In this document: positions 24,868 to 37,236 of the stretch, piece by piece
Numbering within the stretch: the stretch's first letter is position 1
How the letters are laid out: every line of letters begins with the position of its first letter
NCBI RefSeq assembly: GCF_006345805.1
Contig: NC_042998.1
Coordinates: forward strand, 206,522,001-206,586,000
Direction of reading: 5' to 3'
Length of the DNA: 64,000 bases
Source of the DNA: Octopus sinensis
Taxonomy: Eukaryota
Translations under genes and position numbers: made by a program
Notes under the pieces: model-generated
What the model was told of the DNA's origin: nothing
Databases searched by the model: none
Seen by the model: only the letters and a program-made list of their open reading frames with translations

Positions 24868-25732
24868 AATTTCAATTATCCGCACCAACGCACGGTTGCA
24901 ACGCGCCAGATGGTTGTACCTCCAACCGTGCTGTTTAACTGCTGTGATTTTTGCTACTAAGGTATCGGTTAAACTTTTGATTAATCTACTACAAGATTAT
25001 TCATCTTTCTATTTCACATAATATATATATATATATATATATCTATATATATATATATATATTATATATATATAAAATTCATATCATTATTATTATTATT
25101 ATTATCATTACATATTGAGGTCTAACATCAAGTTATTAGTATTGCTATGCCTAAGCGAAATAATAATAATAATAATCCTTTCAACTGAAGGCACAATGCC
25201 TGAAATTTGGGGGGAGGGGTGTAGTCAATTACATCGACCCCAGTGTTTATCCGGCACTTAATTTATCGACCCCAAAAGGATGAAAGCCAAAGTAGACCTC
25301 GGCGAAATTTGAAGCCAGAACGTAAAGACGGACGAAATGCCGCTAAGCATTTTACCTGATGCATGAGTATTCCTATATACATATACACGCGCTCCAAAAT
25401 ACATATATATATTCCTATGTATACCCATATGCATATATGGCAGTGTATACGCATACATGTGTGTACGCCACAGGTAACCCAGTACAACCTGTCGCACAAT
25501 CGGGTCAGAGGTAACTAAACTGGCAACCCTACCAAACCCGCTTGGTAAGGAGGGTGGTGTTCGTAAGACAGCCTGGGGACAAAAATAAAACCTGTCAAAG
25601 CGCAGATGAACCGAGAGTCAGTGGCCAACAAATAGCTGACAGTGAGAGACCCGAAATTTTGTTTAGGCATCGCTTTAGGAGAAAGGCAACTCTGGTGCAA
25701 CACCGACTTCGTTTAAATGCAATTTTTTTCTC

Positions 25733-26075
25733 TTTAGTTTCAGCTCAGAGCTGCGGCCATGCTGATGCACCGCCGTTTTGCTACACTGTTATTACTAAGA
25801 GCCTCCTCTAATATGTGGCACTTGATGAAGAATGGAGTTTGATATAGCTACCCTCATTTGCACCGCTTACCGTGAGGTAGGTTCATCTGGGACTCTCGAC
25901 AGGAAGACGTCCAGCTTTGATTTAAAAACCCCTACATTTACTTTGTGCAAGTTCCTCAGACTCTTCGAGAGAATATTAAAAAGCTGTGGGTCCTTGAAAC
26001 CCAGGCTGTTGCAGAAGCTGGTCCTGAATGATAGCTTTTTTGAACAGCCTTTTTGGAGCAAACGTTGTTTAGAGA
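25733..26075 (-). mobile_element. CR1-clade LINE 3' end (ORF2 C-terminus plus 3' UTR)
   Basis: RTSFCNSLGFKDPQLFNILSKSLRNLHKVNVGVFKSKLDVFLSRVPDEP (LFNxLPxxxR...FKxxLDxFLxxVPD motif); tail GGCGGTGCATCAGCATGGCCGCAGCTCTGAGCTGAAACTAAAG. Confidence 0.85.
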
Positions 26076-26925
26076 ATGGGATTGGCTCTAAGCAAGGCCC
26101 TTCTTTACTTTAAATAACGTCGAGCTTAGGCATCCGTTGATTTTTAACACCTCTATTGTTCTGCATACTATGGCTGGCCAGGGCCCAAAAGAGCTGAAAC
26201 ACTCAATAAAAAACATCATGATAGCCAAGCGTCAACGTGGATGGTGAAGTCTTTGAACACCTACTGCAAGAGGCACTCGTCATTAGTACACCTGTGCAAA
26301 AGAGTCTCCGGTAAGAGTGTCAAGTCACATCCGTTCTCTTTGTGCTTAAGAGAACAATCCAGCCATTATATACAGCTGGAAATCGAGCGGCAACCATCAT
26401 GTCATTATGTATTACAGACACGACTATGTCGGAGGCCTTACTCTTTTGGGTTTTTTTTTTTTATTATTCAGGATTCTTCGCATTTCACATCCAATACCCT
26501 AATAGCTCGTTCAGGACAAATAAGTCCCTAAATCCTAAATCCGTCATAATCATCAACTTTCACTGCCTCATCGTCAGGAATTAAATTACTAAACGAGTGT
26601 GAATATACGTAACTGTCTCATTGTTAGGCTGTTTAAATACTTTGGCCGTATCGTTAGATGTTATATATAAATAACATATTCATTTGTCATATGTGTTTCG
26701 TTTATGACCTCTAACAGAGAGAGGGTGAAGGGAGGGGGAAAGTGTGTGTGTATGTGTGAGCGCGCGATTCCTTGCAATAACAATAAGGCATTTAAATAGA
26801 TTACGCCAATAATAGTCTACGTCCTGAGAATATGACTGCGAAAATTTAGTGCGTGTGTGTGTGTACACACATATACATAGACATCTATAGAAGTATATAT
26901 ATAATTAAACAAACACACACACTTC

Positions 26926-26988
<63 letters not shown>

Positions 26989-27419
26989 ATATATAAATAC
27001 ACATATATTAGATACGTACACACATAAGCATGCATATAGGTATATATATATATCTCTATACACGCTAACATGCATATTTAGTGGGGGGGGGGATAGATAT
27101 TTATTTTGATATCAATATTTATGTCTCTCAATACATTTTATATGGAGATAGTTGCACCCGGCATTAGCTCTACAAAACTGTATCGAGCACTCGGCGTCTG
27201 CACCATAAAGATACACAGGAAGATAAGAAATACCTTTGTACCTCCTCTCTCATATACATATATATTTTTTTTTCTTTATATATATATATATATATATATA
27301 TACACGGCTGTTCTAGGCTAAAAGGTAGAGAGGTTAAACGGTGTGTACTTTTCATGGCGAGTCTCAAGTGTTTACTGAAGATTCACGCCAGTACGCTTCC
27401 ACCCAACAGATATATATAT

Positions 27420-27745
27420 ATGTGAGGAGGCGTGTGCGCGTGTGCATATATATACACACATATATATACATATATACATACATACACATATATATACATA
27501 CATACACATATGTATGTATGTGTGTGTATGTGTGTACGTATGTATGTATGTGTGTGTGTATGTATGTGTGTATGTATATGTATGCATGTGTGTATGTATG
27601 TGTGTATGTATGCATGTGTGTATGTATGTGTGTATGTATATGTATGCATGTGTGTATGTATGTGTATATGTATGCATGTGTGTATGTATGTGTGTATGTA
27701 TGCATGTGTATGTATGCATGTGTGTATGTATGTATGTAAATAAAT
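27420..27745. repeat. (TATG)/(TG) microsatellite
   Basis: Direct reading. Confidence 0.95.
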
Positions 27746-28423
27746 ATTTATATATATTCTCAAATCTGAACAATTGTGTGTGATATTAACGTGTGGATGT
27801 GTGTGAACGTATGCAGTGTCTGAAGAGAGAAAGCACAGACTTGTTGAAAGTTAAAATTACAAACCAGATGGACAATAACATTGTTAACACACGTACACAC
27901 ACACACACACATACACACACACACAAGTGGGTGTGTGTGTGTGTGTACGTGCGTGATTGAGTGAGGGCGTATATCACAAATCGACAACGAACAGTTGTAT
28001 GTGTGCGTGTGTACATATTTAAACATGGCCTGCAGGATCACACGATGTATAAAGCTCAGAGTAGGAGCCACGCAGTGAAACCAACAGCTGCTTCCCAATC
28101 TATAAACATATAATGTATCGGTTTCAAATTGTGAGCACAAGGCCAGCAAAGTCGGAGGAAACGGTAAGTCGATTACATCGACCCCAGCGCACAGCTGGTA
28201 CTGATTTCATCGAACCCAAAACGATGAAAAACAAAATCAACTGCGACGGAATTTGAACTTGAGACCTGAAGAGCTGAAAGAAATAGCGCTTAAACACTTT
28301 GCCCGGCTTCTTAACGACTCTGCCAGCACTCCGCTTTGGACACTCACATATATAGAGTATAGTCACTTGCATTTGTAAGTTCACATATACACACACACAC
28401 ATATGTGTGTGTGCGTATTATAT

Positions 28424-28573
28424 ATAGGAGTGGCTGTGTGGTAAGTAGCTTGCTTACCAACCACGGTTCAGTCCCACTGCGTGGCACCATAAGCAAGTGT
28501 CTTCTACTGTAGCCTTGGGCCGACCAAAGCCTTGTGAGTGGATTTGGTAGATGGAAACTGAAAGAAGGCCGTC

Positions 28574-28608
<35 letters not shown>

Positions 28609-28797
28609 TGTGTGTGTGTGTTTGTTCCCCCACTCCAATATCATTTGATAACCGATGCTGGTGTGTTTACGTCTCCGTAACTTAGCGATTCGGCAAAAGA
28701 AGAAATACGAGGGAATAAGTCCTGGGGTCGATCTGCTCGACTAAAGGCGGTGATCCAGTATGGCCGCAGTCAAATGACTGAAACAAGTAAAAGAATA
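28424..28797 (+). mobile_element. SINE family A, full length
   Basis: AGGAGTGGCTGTGTGGTAAG...TGACTGAAACAAGTAAAAGAAT. Confidence 0.9.
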
Positions 28798-29019
28798 ATA
28801 TATATATATTTATATATATTGATAGAAATGGTAAGACAACAAAAGAATGCAAGAGACCTCGATATTATGTAAATTGAGGAATTTATCTGTAAATATAATA
28901 TGTGACAGTTATTTGGTAGCCATGATAAACCCCGATAACTGGCCCGATAAATGAAGAGATGCCGACGTGGGTTTCCGCCCCGACATCTGAAACTCGGCTA
29001 CCGAATAATCGTCACATAT

Positions 29020-29057
<38 letters not shown>

Positions 29058-29112
29058 ATATATATATATATTATATATAGTATATATATATAAAGCTACA
29101 TGTCATGGCTGG

Positions 29113-29427
29113 TCATAGAATGACCATTGGTTTTGCACTTATAAAGCGCTTAGCAGTATAGGCGACACGTCAGACTCAAATGGCTGAAGACGCATAACCT
29201 CTCTACAAGTGGAAGAAGGAATACGTCACGGTCGGTTAGTTTTGTAAACATGAAATATGTGTGCACTCCTGCGGTGACAAATATTTTTTGTTTACAAAAC
29301 TAACTGACCGTGATGTATTTCTTCCTCCAATTGTAGAGAGGTTATGCGCCCTCAGTTGTTTGAGACTCGCGAATCATCCATACTGCTAAGTGCTTTATAG
29401 GTGGCGAAACCAATGGTCACCCTATGA
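29113..29427. repeat. Imperfect fold-back element, about 140-bp arms and 38-bp spacer (MITE-like)
   Basis: TCATAGAATGACCATTGG...GTTAGTTTTGTAAACA mirrored by TGTTTACAAAACTAAC...CCAATGGTCACCCTATGA. Confidence 0.9.
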
Positions 29428-29532
29428 TTAGCAATAGCATTTAAATTCCTAAAAATATATTACTTCTCTAATTCTTTGGCGTAGGTCCTTTTCCGGATAT
29501 ATAAACCACTGACTATATATATATATATATAG

Positions 29533-29572
<40 letters not shown>

Positions 29573-29704
29573 AGGTTTGCGCTAATCCGAATGATATGAT
29601 CTGAATGATATGATATATATGTAAAAAATGTAATATATAAATAAATATCTATAAATATGAACCATCCGATCTGATTACCTCATTTTTTCTAATATATATA
29701 TATA

Positions 29705-29738
<34 letters not shown>

Positions 29739-30143
29739 GAAGTTTACAGAAAAACAAAAGATGAAGACAGGTGTATAAGCAACAAGCAAGTGTATTAGTT
29801 AGACGCTCGGGAAGGTGAGAAAGTCTTTTACGTTTCGAGCCCGAGGCTATAGTAGAAGACACTTGCTCAAGGTGCCACGCAGTGGGACTGAACCCGGAAC
29901 CATGTGGTTGGTAAGCAAGTTACTTACCACACAGCCACTATTATCATTATTATTATTAGTAGTAGTAGTAGTAGTATCGTCAAGTTAGTTTGTTGCTGCT
30001 CTGAGTTTTAGGATTTACAGACAAATAACGGAATTTGTACATTTAGTATATAGGATTCCCGCCATAGAGTATGAAGGAAATGGAGAGAAGGGGGGTGGGG
30101 AGAAAAGAGGCAAGAGAGATTAGGGGGGGAAAGGGTGGGTTTT

Positions 30144-30184
<41 letters not shown>

Positions 30185-30679
30185 GGATGGATAGATAGAC
30201 AGATAGGTAGGTAGGTAGGTAGGTAGGTAGATAGATAATGTGAGTGTATACATGCATGTATGTATGTAGCCACAAAAAGAAAGTGTATATAAATAAATAA
30301 GCGACTGTTCGACGACAATCACAACAAACGAAAAATAAATACAGAACAGAAGAGATTCGATTAGATAAATTGATAATCTATCGATGGGGGAAGCTATCCG
30401 TTAATGCACATATCAAACATATGGCGACGAGTATTTGCATATTTGCACATCAAAGAATGCTGTTGTTTTATTGGTTGCATTACACTTGCTACCCTCCGTG
30501 CATTCAGACAGTAACACGTGCATTCGATGCACAAGCATATATGTGCATCGATTCAGGTATGTATACGTGCATTTCTGTACATACGTGTGCATGTGTGTGT
30601 GTGTGCATAATAAAGTTATATATAGGTGCAGGCGTGGCTCTGTGGTAAGAAGCTTGTTTCCCTCCCTCATGGTCTTGGG

Positions 30680-31024
30680 GTCGATAAATTAAGTACCAGT
30701 TGTGTACTGGGGTCGATCTAATCGACTGGGGTCTCGGCGTCGATAAATTAAGTACCAGTTGTGTACTGGGGTCGATCTAATCGACTGGGGTCTCGGGGTC
30801 GATAAATTAAGTACCAGTTGTGTACTGAGGTCGATCTAATCGGCTGGGGTCTCGGCGTCGATAAATTAAGTACCAGTTGTGTACTGGGGTCGATCTAATC
30901 GACTGGGGTCTCGGCGTCGATAAATTAAGTACCAGTTGTGTACTGGAGTCGATCTAATCGACTGGGGTCTCGGCGTCGATAAATTAAGTACCAGTTGTGT
31001 ACTGGAGTCGATCTAATCGACTGG
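30680..31024 (+). repeat. 59-bp tandem repeat (about 5.8 units) derived from the SINE B body
   Basis: GTCGATAAATTAAGTACCAGTTGTGTACTGGGGTCGATCTAATCGACTGGGGTCTCGGC starts at 30680, 30739, 30798, 30857, 30916 and 30975. Confidence 0.95.
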
Positions 31025-31744
31025 CCCCCTCCCCAAAAATTTCGGGCTTTGTGCCTAGAGTAGAAAAGTTAAGTACTGGGGGTCAATGTAATCGACTAGT
31101 TCCCTCTCTCAAAATTCCAGGCCCCTTGTGCCTTTAATAGAAAGGATTATCATCGTTATCATCGAGGTGGTGATCTGGCAGGATCGTTAGTGCGTCGAAC
31201 AAAATGCTTAGCGGCATTTCGTCCGTCTTTACGTTTTGAGTTCAAATTCCGCCGAGGTCTACTTTGCCTTTCATCCTTTCGAGGTCCATCAAATAAAATA
31301 CCAGTCTAGTACTGGGGTCGATGTAATCGACTAAGCCCTTCTTCCCACCCCACTCCCGCAATTTCTGCCCCTGTACCAAAATTTGAAAACATTATACACA
31401 CTGTATTTTCGGACAGACGAAAATTTTCGGCCAAAAAATCGTAGGTTTACTTATACACCAATACGTCTTTGGGGGCCCCAAAATCCCATGTTAAATGCAA
31501 CAGGATTTGAATGACAGTGGCGATGCTTCAGTGTTTACACTATATACGTATTTCTTTACTACCCACAAGGGGTTAAACACAGAGGGGACAAACAAGGACA
31601 GACATAGGTATTAAGTCGATCACATCGACCCCAGTGCGTAACTAGTACTTAATTTATCGACCCCGAAAGGATGAAAGGCAAAGTCGACCTCAGCGGAATT
31701 TGAACTCACAACGTAACGCAGACGAAATACCGCTAAGCTATAAA

Positions 31745-32135
31745 AGACAGTACTTTGTTCCAAGATCCATCTCATACTCTGGGATGCTTCAACGGTGATG
31801 TTTCGGATGTCTCAGAGAGATTTTGGGGTCTTTCAACATTAGACCTTCTTCACCTAGTTGACCCAGTCGGGAGTTGATCAAAGCCCAGCTTACTTTCCAG
31901 CACCAGCAAGGCATCGGTCGGCCACCTTTATCGAAAGGTACGTACTGGCTTCTGCAGCTTCAGTGATGGAATCTACGGCCGCCTTCTTTGCTGCATCAGT
32001 AACACCAAGCCCAGCCAGGGCCCTACAGGGTAGACATCCGACAAAACACCCCCATTGCGTACTTCAGTTGCTTCACAACTTGTCTGCCAACCCTGGTTTC
32101 TGCACTGCTCTACCAACCTATGGTAAACATACATA
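31745..32135 (-). mobile_element. RLE-type (HERO-like) LINE 3' fragment
   Basis: GCFVGCLPCRALAGLGVTDAAKKAAVDSITEAAEASTYLSIK resembles the HERO C-terminus (GCRGFVGxSLxRALxxLGITG...AIxxIxEAAExASxWLWIK) as recalled. Confidence 0.65.
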
Positions 32136-32187
32136 TCACAAACATTACATCTTCATACACATGCATCTACATATACCTGTTTATGTG

Positions 32188-32239
<52 letters not shown>

Positions 32240-32241
<2 letters not shown>

Positions 32242-32557
32242 TTTAAACCAAATTTTCTGAAAACAACTTGTCCGACCGTCCCATAGGCCTCCCCTTTGAG
32301 AAACACTGATTTAACCTAAATTTGAGACACCAGCAAAAGAAGAAATAAATATAGACTTTTTTCCTATTCCAAAGTAAAACGATTTCCCACGGCTTTATCA
32401 ATCGCATTCTCACTTGGAATCGATTTTTGTAATTTTTACAAGACTTATACACGCCCTGATACCGTCGGTATCTACATATCAAATTTGAGCGCAATCGGAT
32501 GGAGGATGCCCGAGATCCTAGAAGACACACACAAAACGGATTTTATATAATAGAAGA
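32240..32557 (-). mobile_element. Helitron-like 5' fragment
   Basis: Minus strand starts A|TCTTCTATTATATAAAATCCG...GTGTGTGTC...CCGATTGCGCTCAAATTTG, typical of invertebrate non-autonomous Helitron 5' ends; no 3' hairpin seen. Confidence 0.6.
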
Positions 32558-32729
32558 TATATATATCGTTACTATTATATTAAACTGTCGTATGTCCAAA
32601 TTTGGCCAAATGCCTTTTTTTATTTTCAATATTTATTTTTGCTTGCAATAGCCGGTTCTTTTGGTCAAACTATCGTATCTCCAGTTGCTTCGGATGCCAA
32701 GATATCAAAAATTGTCAAAGTGTAGTACA

Positions 32730-33300
32730 ATAGTTTTGCTATGGAATGATGAAACTTTTTTTTTTTTTCTTTTTTTTTGTAAAAAAAAAGCAATTCTTCC
32801 ATAATAACAACGATATGCATGCACTTAATTCCAGATCTGAAATATTTGGAAAATGCAAGCATATGGACAAGTTTCTTTTGTCGAAATGACGGACGCCACC
32901 CGTTCCGAATTGAGTAGCTGTCTCAAAGACTCTGTTCTCTTTTCTGTTGTCTTATTCTGCACCAGTTTCATTAATTCTGGTTTCTACAGTGAAAGAGGAT
33001 GAAGAACTTGGTTTTCTTACTTTTCTCTTCTTCCATTTTATTCCAGCTTTTGCATCAACCTTTTTCGCGTTTTCTTCCCGGTTTTTCTCGTGTTTTCTAA
33101 CAGACCAGCGTTCTGGTTTTTAAATACATTTAACGATATGCACTGAGCCTGAAAAATTGCTCGGAGATACATGGCATCTCTATATATAAATTTGACATGG
33201 GCGATTCTTTCTTGTCTTGGGATTCACGGTCAAACGGAATTGTGCGAAAAATTACACAGATGTGTAGAATGATCCGGTGGTGATGCTGGGCTTTGTATTT
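32730..33300 (-). pseudogene. Highly degenerate piggyBac transposase fragment
   Basis: Across frameshifts: ITTGSFYTSV (TDNFYTSV), SVRKH (GTVRKN), LNSE.GGVRHFDK (YNxTKGGVDxxD), FPNISDLELSAC (FFNILDLAGINA), in collinear order. Confidence 0.55.
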
Positions 33301-34024
33301 CTTTCATAGTCTCCATGGTTGCCGAGATAATCTACTATAATAATACTCTTGTGTTTATGAATGAGAAAGGAAAGGGTGATAGATGAATAAGGAAGGAAGG
33401 GGTGATGTCATACTTGGTAGTGGGATGATGGAAATTGTACGCTGAAAAAATAAATCAAACAGCGTTTCAACTCTGTGTGAATATATGTGTGTGTATGTAA
33501 AAGGGGTTATGTGAATGTGTGTGCGTGTGTGCATGTGCCCACGCAATGGAAGTGGGATGATTCATCTTTGTTCGCTTAGTATTTGGGTTTATTTTTTGAT
33601 TTGGTTGAATCTTGGTTGTTTTTTTTTTTGTTGTTGGTCAGTTATTTTTAGCGTTTTGACAGAAAAAAGTCATTCTAAAATTGTTTTTTTTTTAACGTAA
33701 GCGTTCCCAAACAAGTCGAATGCTTACACAGAACAGGTTTTACAGCCACATCATACAAAACCGACCGGGTGAAACCGGGCTTAGCTGCTAGTGTGTATAT
33801 AAATTCGCCAATTTACCGTCTCTTAAAGCATGAAACTATTCGGAGATATTTTATAATTGTGTATATTAAATGATATTTATCTCTCGTCGGATGGAGAACT
33901 TTCTTGTTGATCCTATCTACAACGGAATTGTAAACTGCGCCCGCGCGTGTAGTTCTTTTTTTCTTTGCAGAATTTAAGCCAGTCTCTAATAAAATGGCAA
34001 GGTTTTTCTTTGGGCAGCACAATG

Positions 34025-34318
34025 AAGGCGTGTGGCCAAGTGGTTAGCGTATTCCGCTCTCGGTCGCGAGTTCGTGAGTTCGATACCCTTGACCAAGACA
34101 CAGCTCCAGTCCACTCAGCTGGCAAAAATGAGTTGTACCAGTAATTCAAAGGGGGCCAGCCTTGTCACATTCTCTGTCACACTGAATCTCCTTGAGAACT
34201 ACGTTAAGGGTAAACGTGTCTGTGGAGTACTCAGCCAGTGGCACGTTGATTTCCCGAGCAGACTGTTCCGATGATCGGATCAACTACAATCCTTATCGTC
34301 GTGACCGACGGAAGGCCA
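34025..34318 (+). mobile_element. SINE family G2 (G-type head, D2-type tail)
   Basis: GAAGGCGTGTGGCCAAGTGGTTAGCG...GAGTTCGATACC; CCAGTCCACTCAGCTGGCAAAAATGAG; tail GAGAACTACGTTAAGGG...GACCGACGGA. Confidence 0.8.
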
Positions 34319-34859
34319 GTTTTTTGGGGTTTTTTTGTTATATGCATGCACTCAGTCGGGGGTAAAGAAGCTTGTTGTCGCAATCATAAGTTTCCAAGTT
34401 CGATCTCAGGATGAGGCACCTTTGTCAATCTTTTCTCTCTCTCTTTATTTATTTTTTTTGCCACAGCCTCAAGTCAACACATGCCTTAGAAGGGAAACTG
34501 GGTAGACGGAAACTGTACCGAATCCTACAAGTACATTTGCATTTCGAAAAATCCAGCTTCAACAGACGCTGTGCCGTGATGCTGATTGTGCTTAAGGATT
34601 ATGTTGATACTAAAACGCGCCCTAGGGATACTCAGCCACTTACAAGTTAATTTAATGAAGGGATCCAGCTGATCGAACGACTGCAACATTCATTTCCGAC
34701 ATCGACGGAGATCCATTTACTTACTGGAGAATTATGTGGGTGTGTGGGCATATATGTATGTGTGTATGTGTGTATGCATGCATGCATGTATGTATGTATT
34801 GCTTGTGTGTATGTATGTATTGCTTGTGTGTATGTATGTATATGTATGTATGTATGAAT

Positions 34860-34959
34860 NNNNNNNNNNNNNNNNNNNNNNNNNNNNNNNNNNNNNNNNN
34901 NNNNNNNNNNNNNNNNNNNNNNNNNNNNNNNNNNNNNNNNNNNNNNNNNNNNNNNNNNN
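34860..34959. other. Assembly gap (100 N)
   Basis: Run of 100 N. Confidence 1.
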
Positions 34960-35568
34960 GTAAGCAAAAGAAAAAAAGGAAAGAAAGGAAAAAAGGAAAG
35001 AAAAGGAAAAAAAGAGAGAAAGGAAAAAAGGAAAGAAAGGAAAAAGGAGAGAAATCAATCTAAGCAGAGAAGATACACGCGAAAGCGACTCTAAAAGCAG
35101 GCAGGAGTTAATCGTTAAACAATTTTAAATGCAGCAGTCACGACTTTATTTAGTTGCATTATTATTATTATTATTATTATTATTCGCATGAATTTTATAT
35201 TTATTTATTCTCTCTGTCTCTTGCAACACGCGGCGGCGGCAACAACATGTTTATTGTCGCTACTATCGTTTCCTACTGACGATGAGGCGCGGAGGCAGCG
35301 GGAAAACGTTTTACAGATTTCAAACGTTTATTGCTGCAAACCAAATACGTCTAATACGGGAATAGGAAGGAGAAAGATATCTCACAGAAAGGAAAAAAGG
35401 ATGAGAACAAAACAAAATAAATAAAGATTAAAATTAAAATTGAATATATTCGTGTCTTCAATATAAAACATGCTTGAAAGAAAATATGTTCCTATATGTA
35501 AGTATACATGTGTATGTATATATGTATGTACAATTACATCCACACATATACATATACTTCTACACATA

Positions 35569-35602
<34 letters not shown>

Positions 35603-35747
35603 TAGAAAACCCACCTTTTATCAATTCAAAATTAACAATTAAATTAGACCATCTAGAAAATTACATATAATAGAAATATTAAAAATAAAATAATATACCC
35701 ATGATTAAGTAAATTGCAAAATAATAATAATGTATATATTTGGTGTA

Positions 35748-35792
<45 letters not shown>

Positions 35793-35932
35793 TCCTTTCG
35801 GGGTCGAAAAATAAAGTACCGGTTACGCACTGGGGTCGATGTAATCGACTTAACCCCTTTGTCTGTCTTTGTTTGTCCCCTCTATGTTTAGCCCCTTGTG
35901 GGTAATAAAGAAATATATATGACATATAGAAA

Positions 35933-35970
<38 letters not shown>

Positions 35971-36218
35971 AGTGATCGATAGACAGACAGACAGACAGAT
36001 CTAGCCGCGTGCTAAGTGTAGCGAAAGTGTGTGACAGTGTAGCGAATCGATACATAACACAATCACGTGTGTTATATGTATTTGTAGAAGAAAGAAGGCA
36101 TCGACTGTAAACAGACGTTGGAAAACAACAATCTGTTCACAACCTTTTTGCTCTCTCCTTTTGCCATTTGTTGTTACCAGCTCCCGGCCATCAACCATTC
36201 ACTGGCTTCATCCAACCC

Positions 36219-36320
36219 TGATGATGATGATGACGATGATGATGATGACGACGACGGTGACGATGATGACGACGATGATCATGATGATGGTGATGATGGT
36301 AATGATGATGATAGTGATGA

Positions 36321-36351
<31 letters not shown>

Positions 36352-36562
36352 GTTGATGGTGGTGTTGATGATGGTGATGATAATGACGATGACGACGATG
36401 ATGATGATGGTGATGACGATGATGATGGTGATGATGACGATGATGATGGTGATGATGACGATGATGATGATGATGGTGGTGTTGATGATGATGACGACGA
36501 CGACGATGATCACGATGATGATGACGATGTTAAATGATGATGATGACGATGATGATGATGTC
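36219..36562. repeat. (GAT/GAC/GGT)n trinucleotide tract
   Basis: Direct reading. Confidence 0.95.
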
Positions 36563-36715
36563 GCTTATTGTTGATGTTGCAGTTGCTGTTTCTCGGCTTC
36601 ATCTTTCTGCAACTGATATTTTATTACCGTACGGTTGTCCTTACTACAGATGTTGTTGTTGTTGCAGTCACAGCAACATTGCCGTTGTTGTTGTTGCGAT
36701 TGTTGTCACTCCACG

Positions 36716-37047
36716 AAGGCACGTGGCTGAGTGGTTAAGGCATTCGACTCGCTATCGTAAAGTCACGAGTTCGATACCCGGGCGGCGCGTTTGTATCCTT
36801 GGGCAAGACACTTTATTCCTTCCACATTGCCCCAGTCCACTCGGCTGGCAAAAATGATTCGTACCTGTAATTCAAAGGGGGGACAGCCTTGTCCACACTC
36901 TGTGCCACGCTATACCTCCCTGAGAACTACATTAAGGGTACGTACGCATGTCTGTGGAATACTCAACCACTGGCACGTTAAATTTCACGATCAGGCGGTT
37001 CTGTTGATCGATTCAACCGGAAGCTTTGTCCTTGCAACCGACGGAGA
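36716..37047 (+). mobile_element. SINE family G2
   Basis: GAAGGCACGTGGCTGAGTGGTTAAGGC...GAGTTCGATACCC, CCTTGGGCAAGACAC, D2-type tail. Confidence 0.8.
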
Positions 37048-37066
37048 GCAAGTTGTCGCTCTTCTT

Positions 37067-37236
37067 CAGGGGTCCCCAAACTTTTTAGACCATCGACCTC
37101 TTTCGCGAAATTTTTGACCCCTCATCGACCCCCCCCCCCGGCATGAACAAGAAAATAAATAAACGATAATAATAAGCGGATGTGCATTTATCAACCTCTA
37201 TAGGGGTCGATATCGACCACTTTGGAGATCCCCCCC
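37067..37236. mobile_element. hAT-type MITE remnant
   Basis: CAGGGGTCCCCAAACTTTTT 5' TIR and degenerate CACTTTGGAGATCCCC 3' TIR; 8-bp TSD not evident. Confidence 0.55.

Noticed and set aside
26241-26531. 96-aa ORF and a minus-strand CSRC motif suggesting an L1/Tx1 zinc finger
   Set aside because: Only a CxxC match; no supporting RT motifs nearby.
30680-31024. CRISPR-like regular repeat
   Set aside because: Units are contiguous with no unique spacers, derive from a SINE, and there are no cas genes; eukaryotic context.
36118-36537. Poly-Asp ORF with a hydrophobic N-terminus, resembling Aspein/Asprich biomineral proteins
   Set aside because: Starts at TTG rather than ATG, and similar (GAT)n tracts recur across the window (8660-8730, 10450-10510); best explained as a microsatellite.
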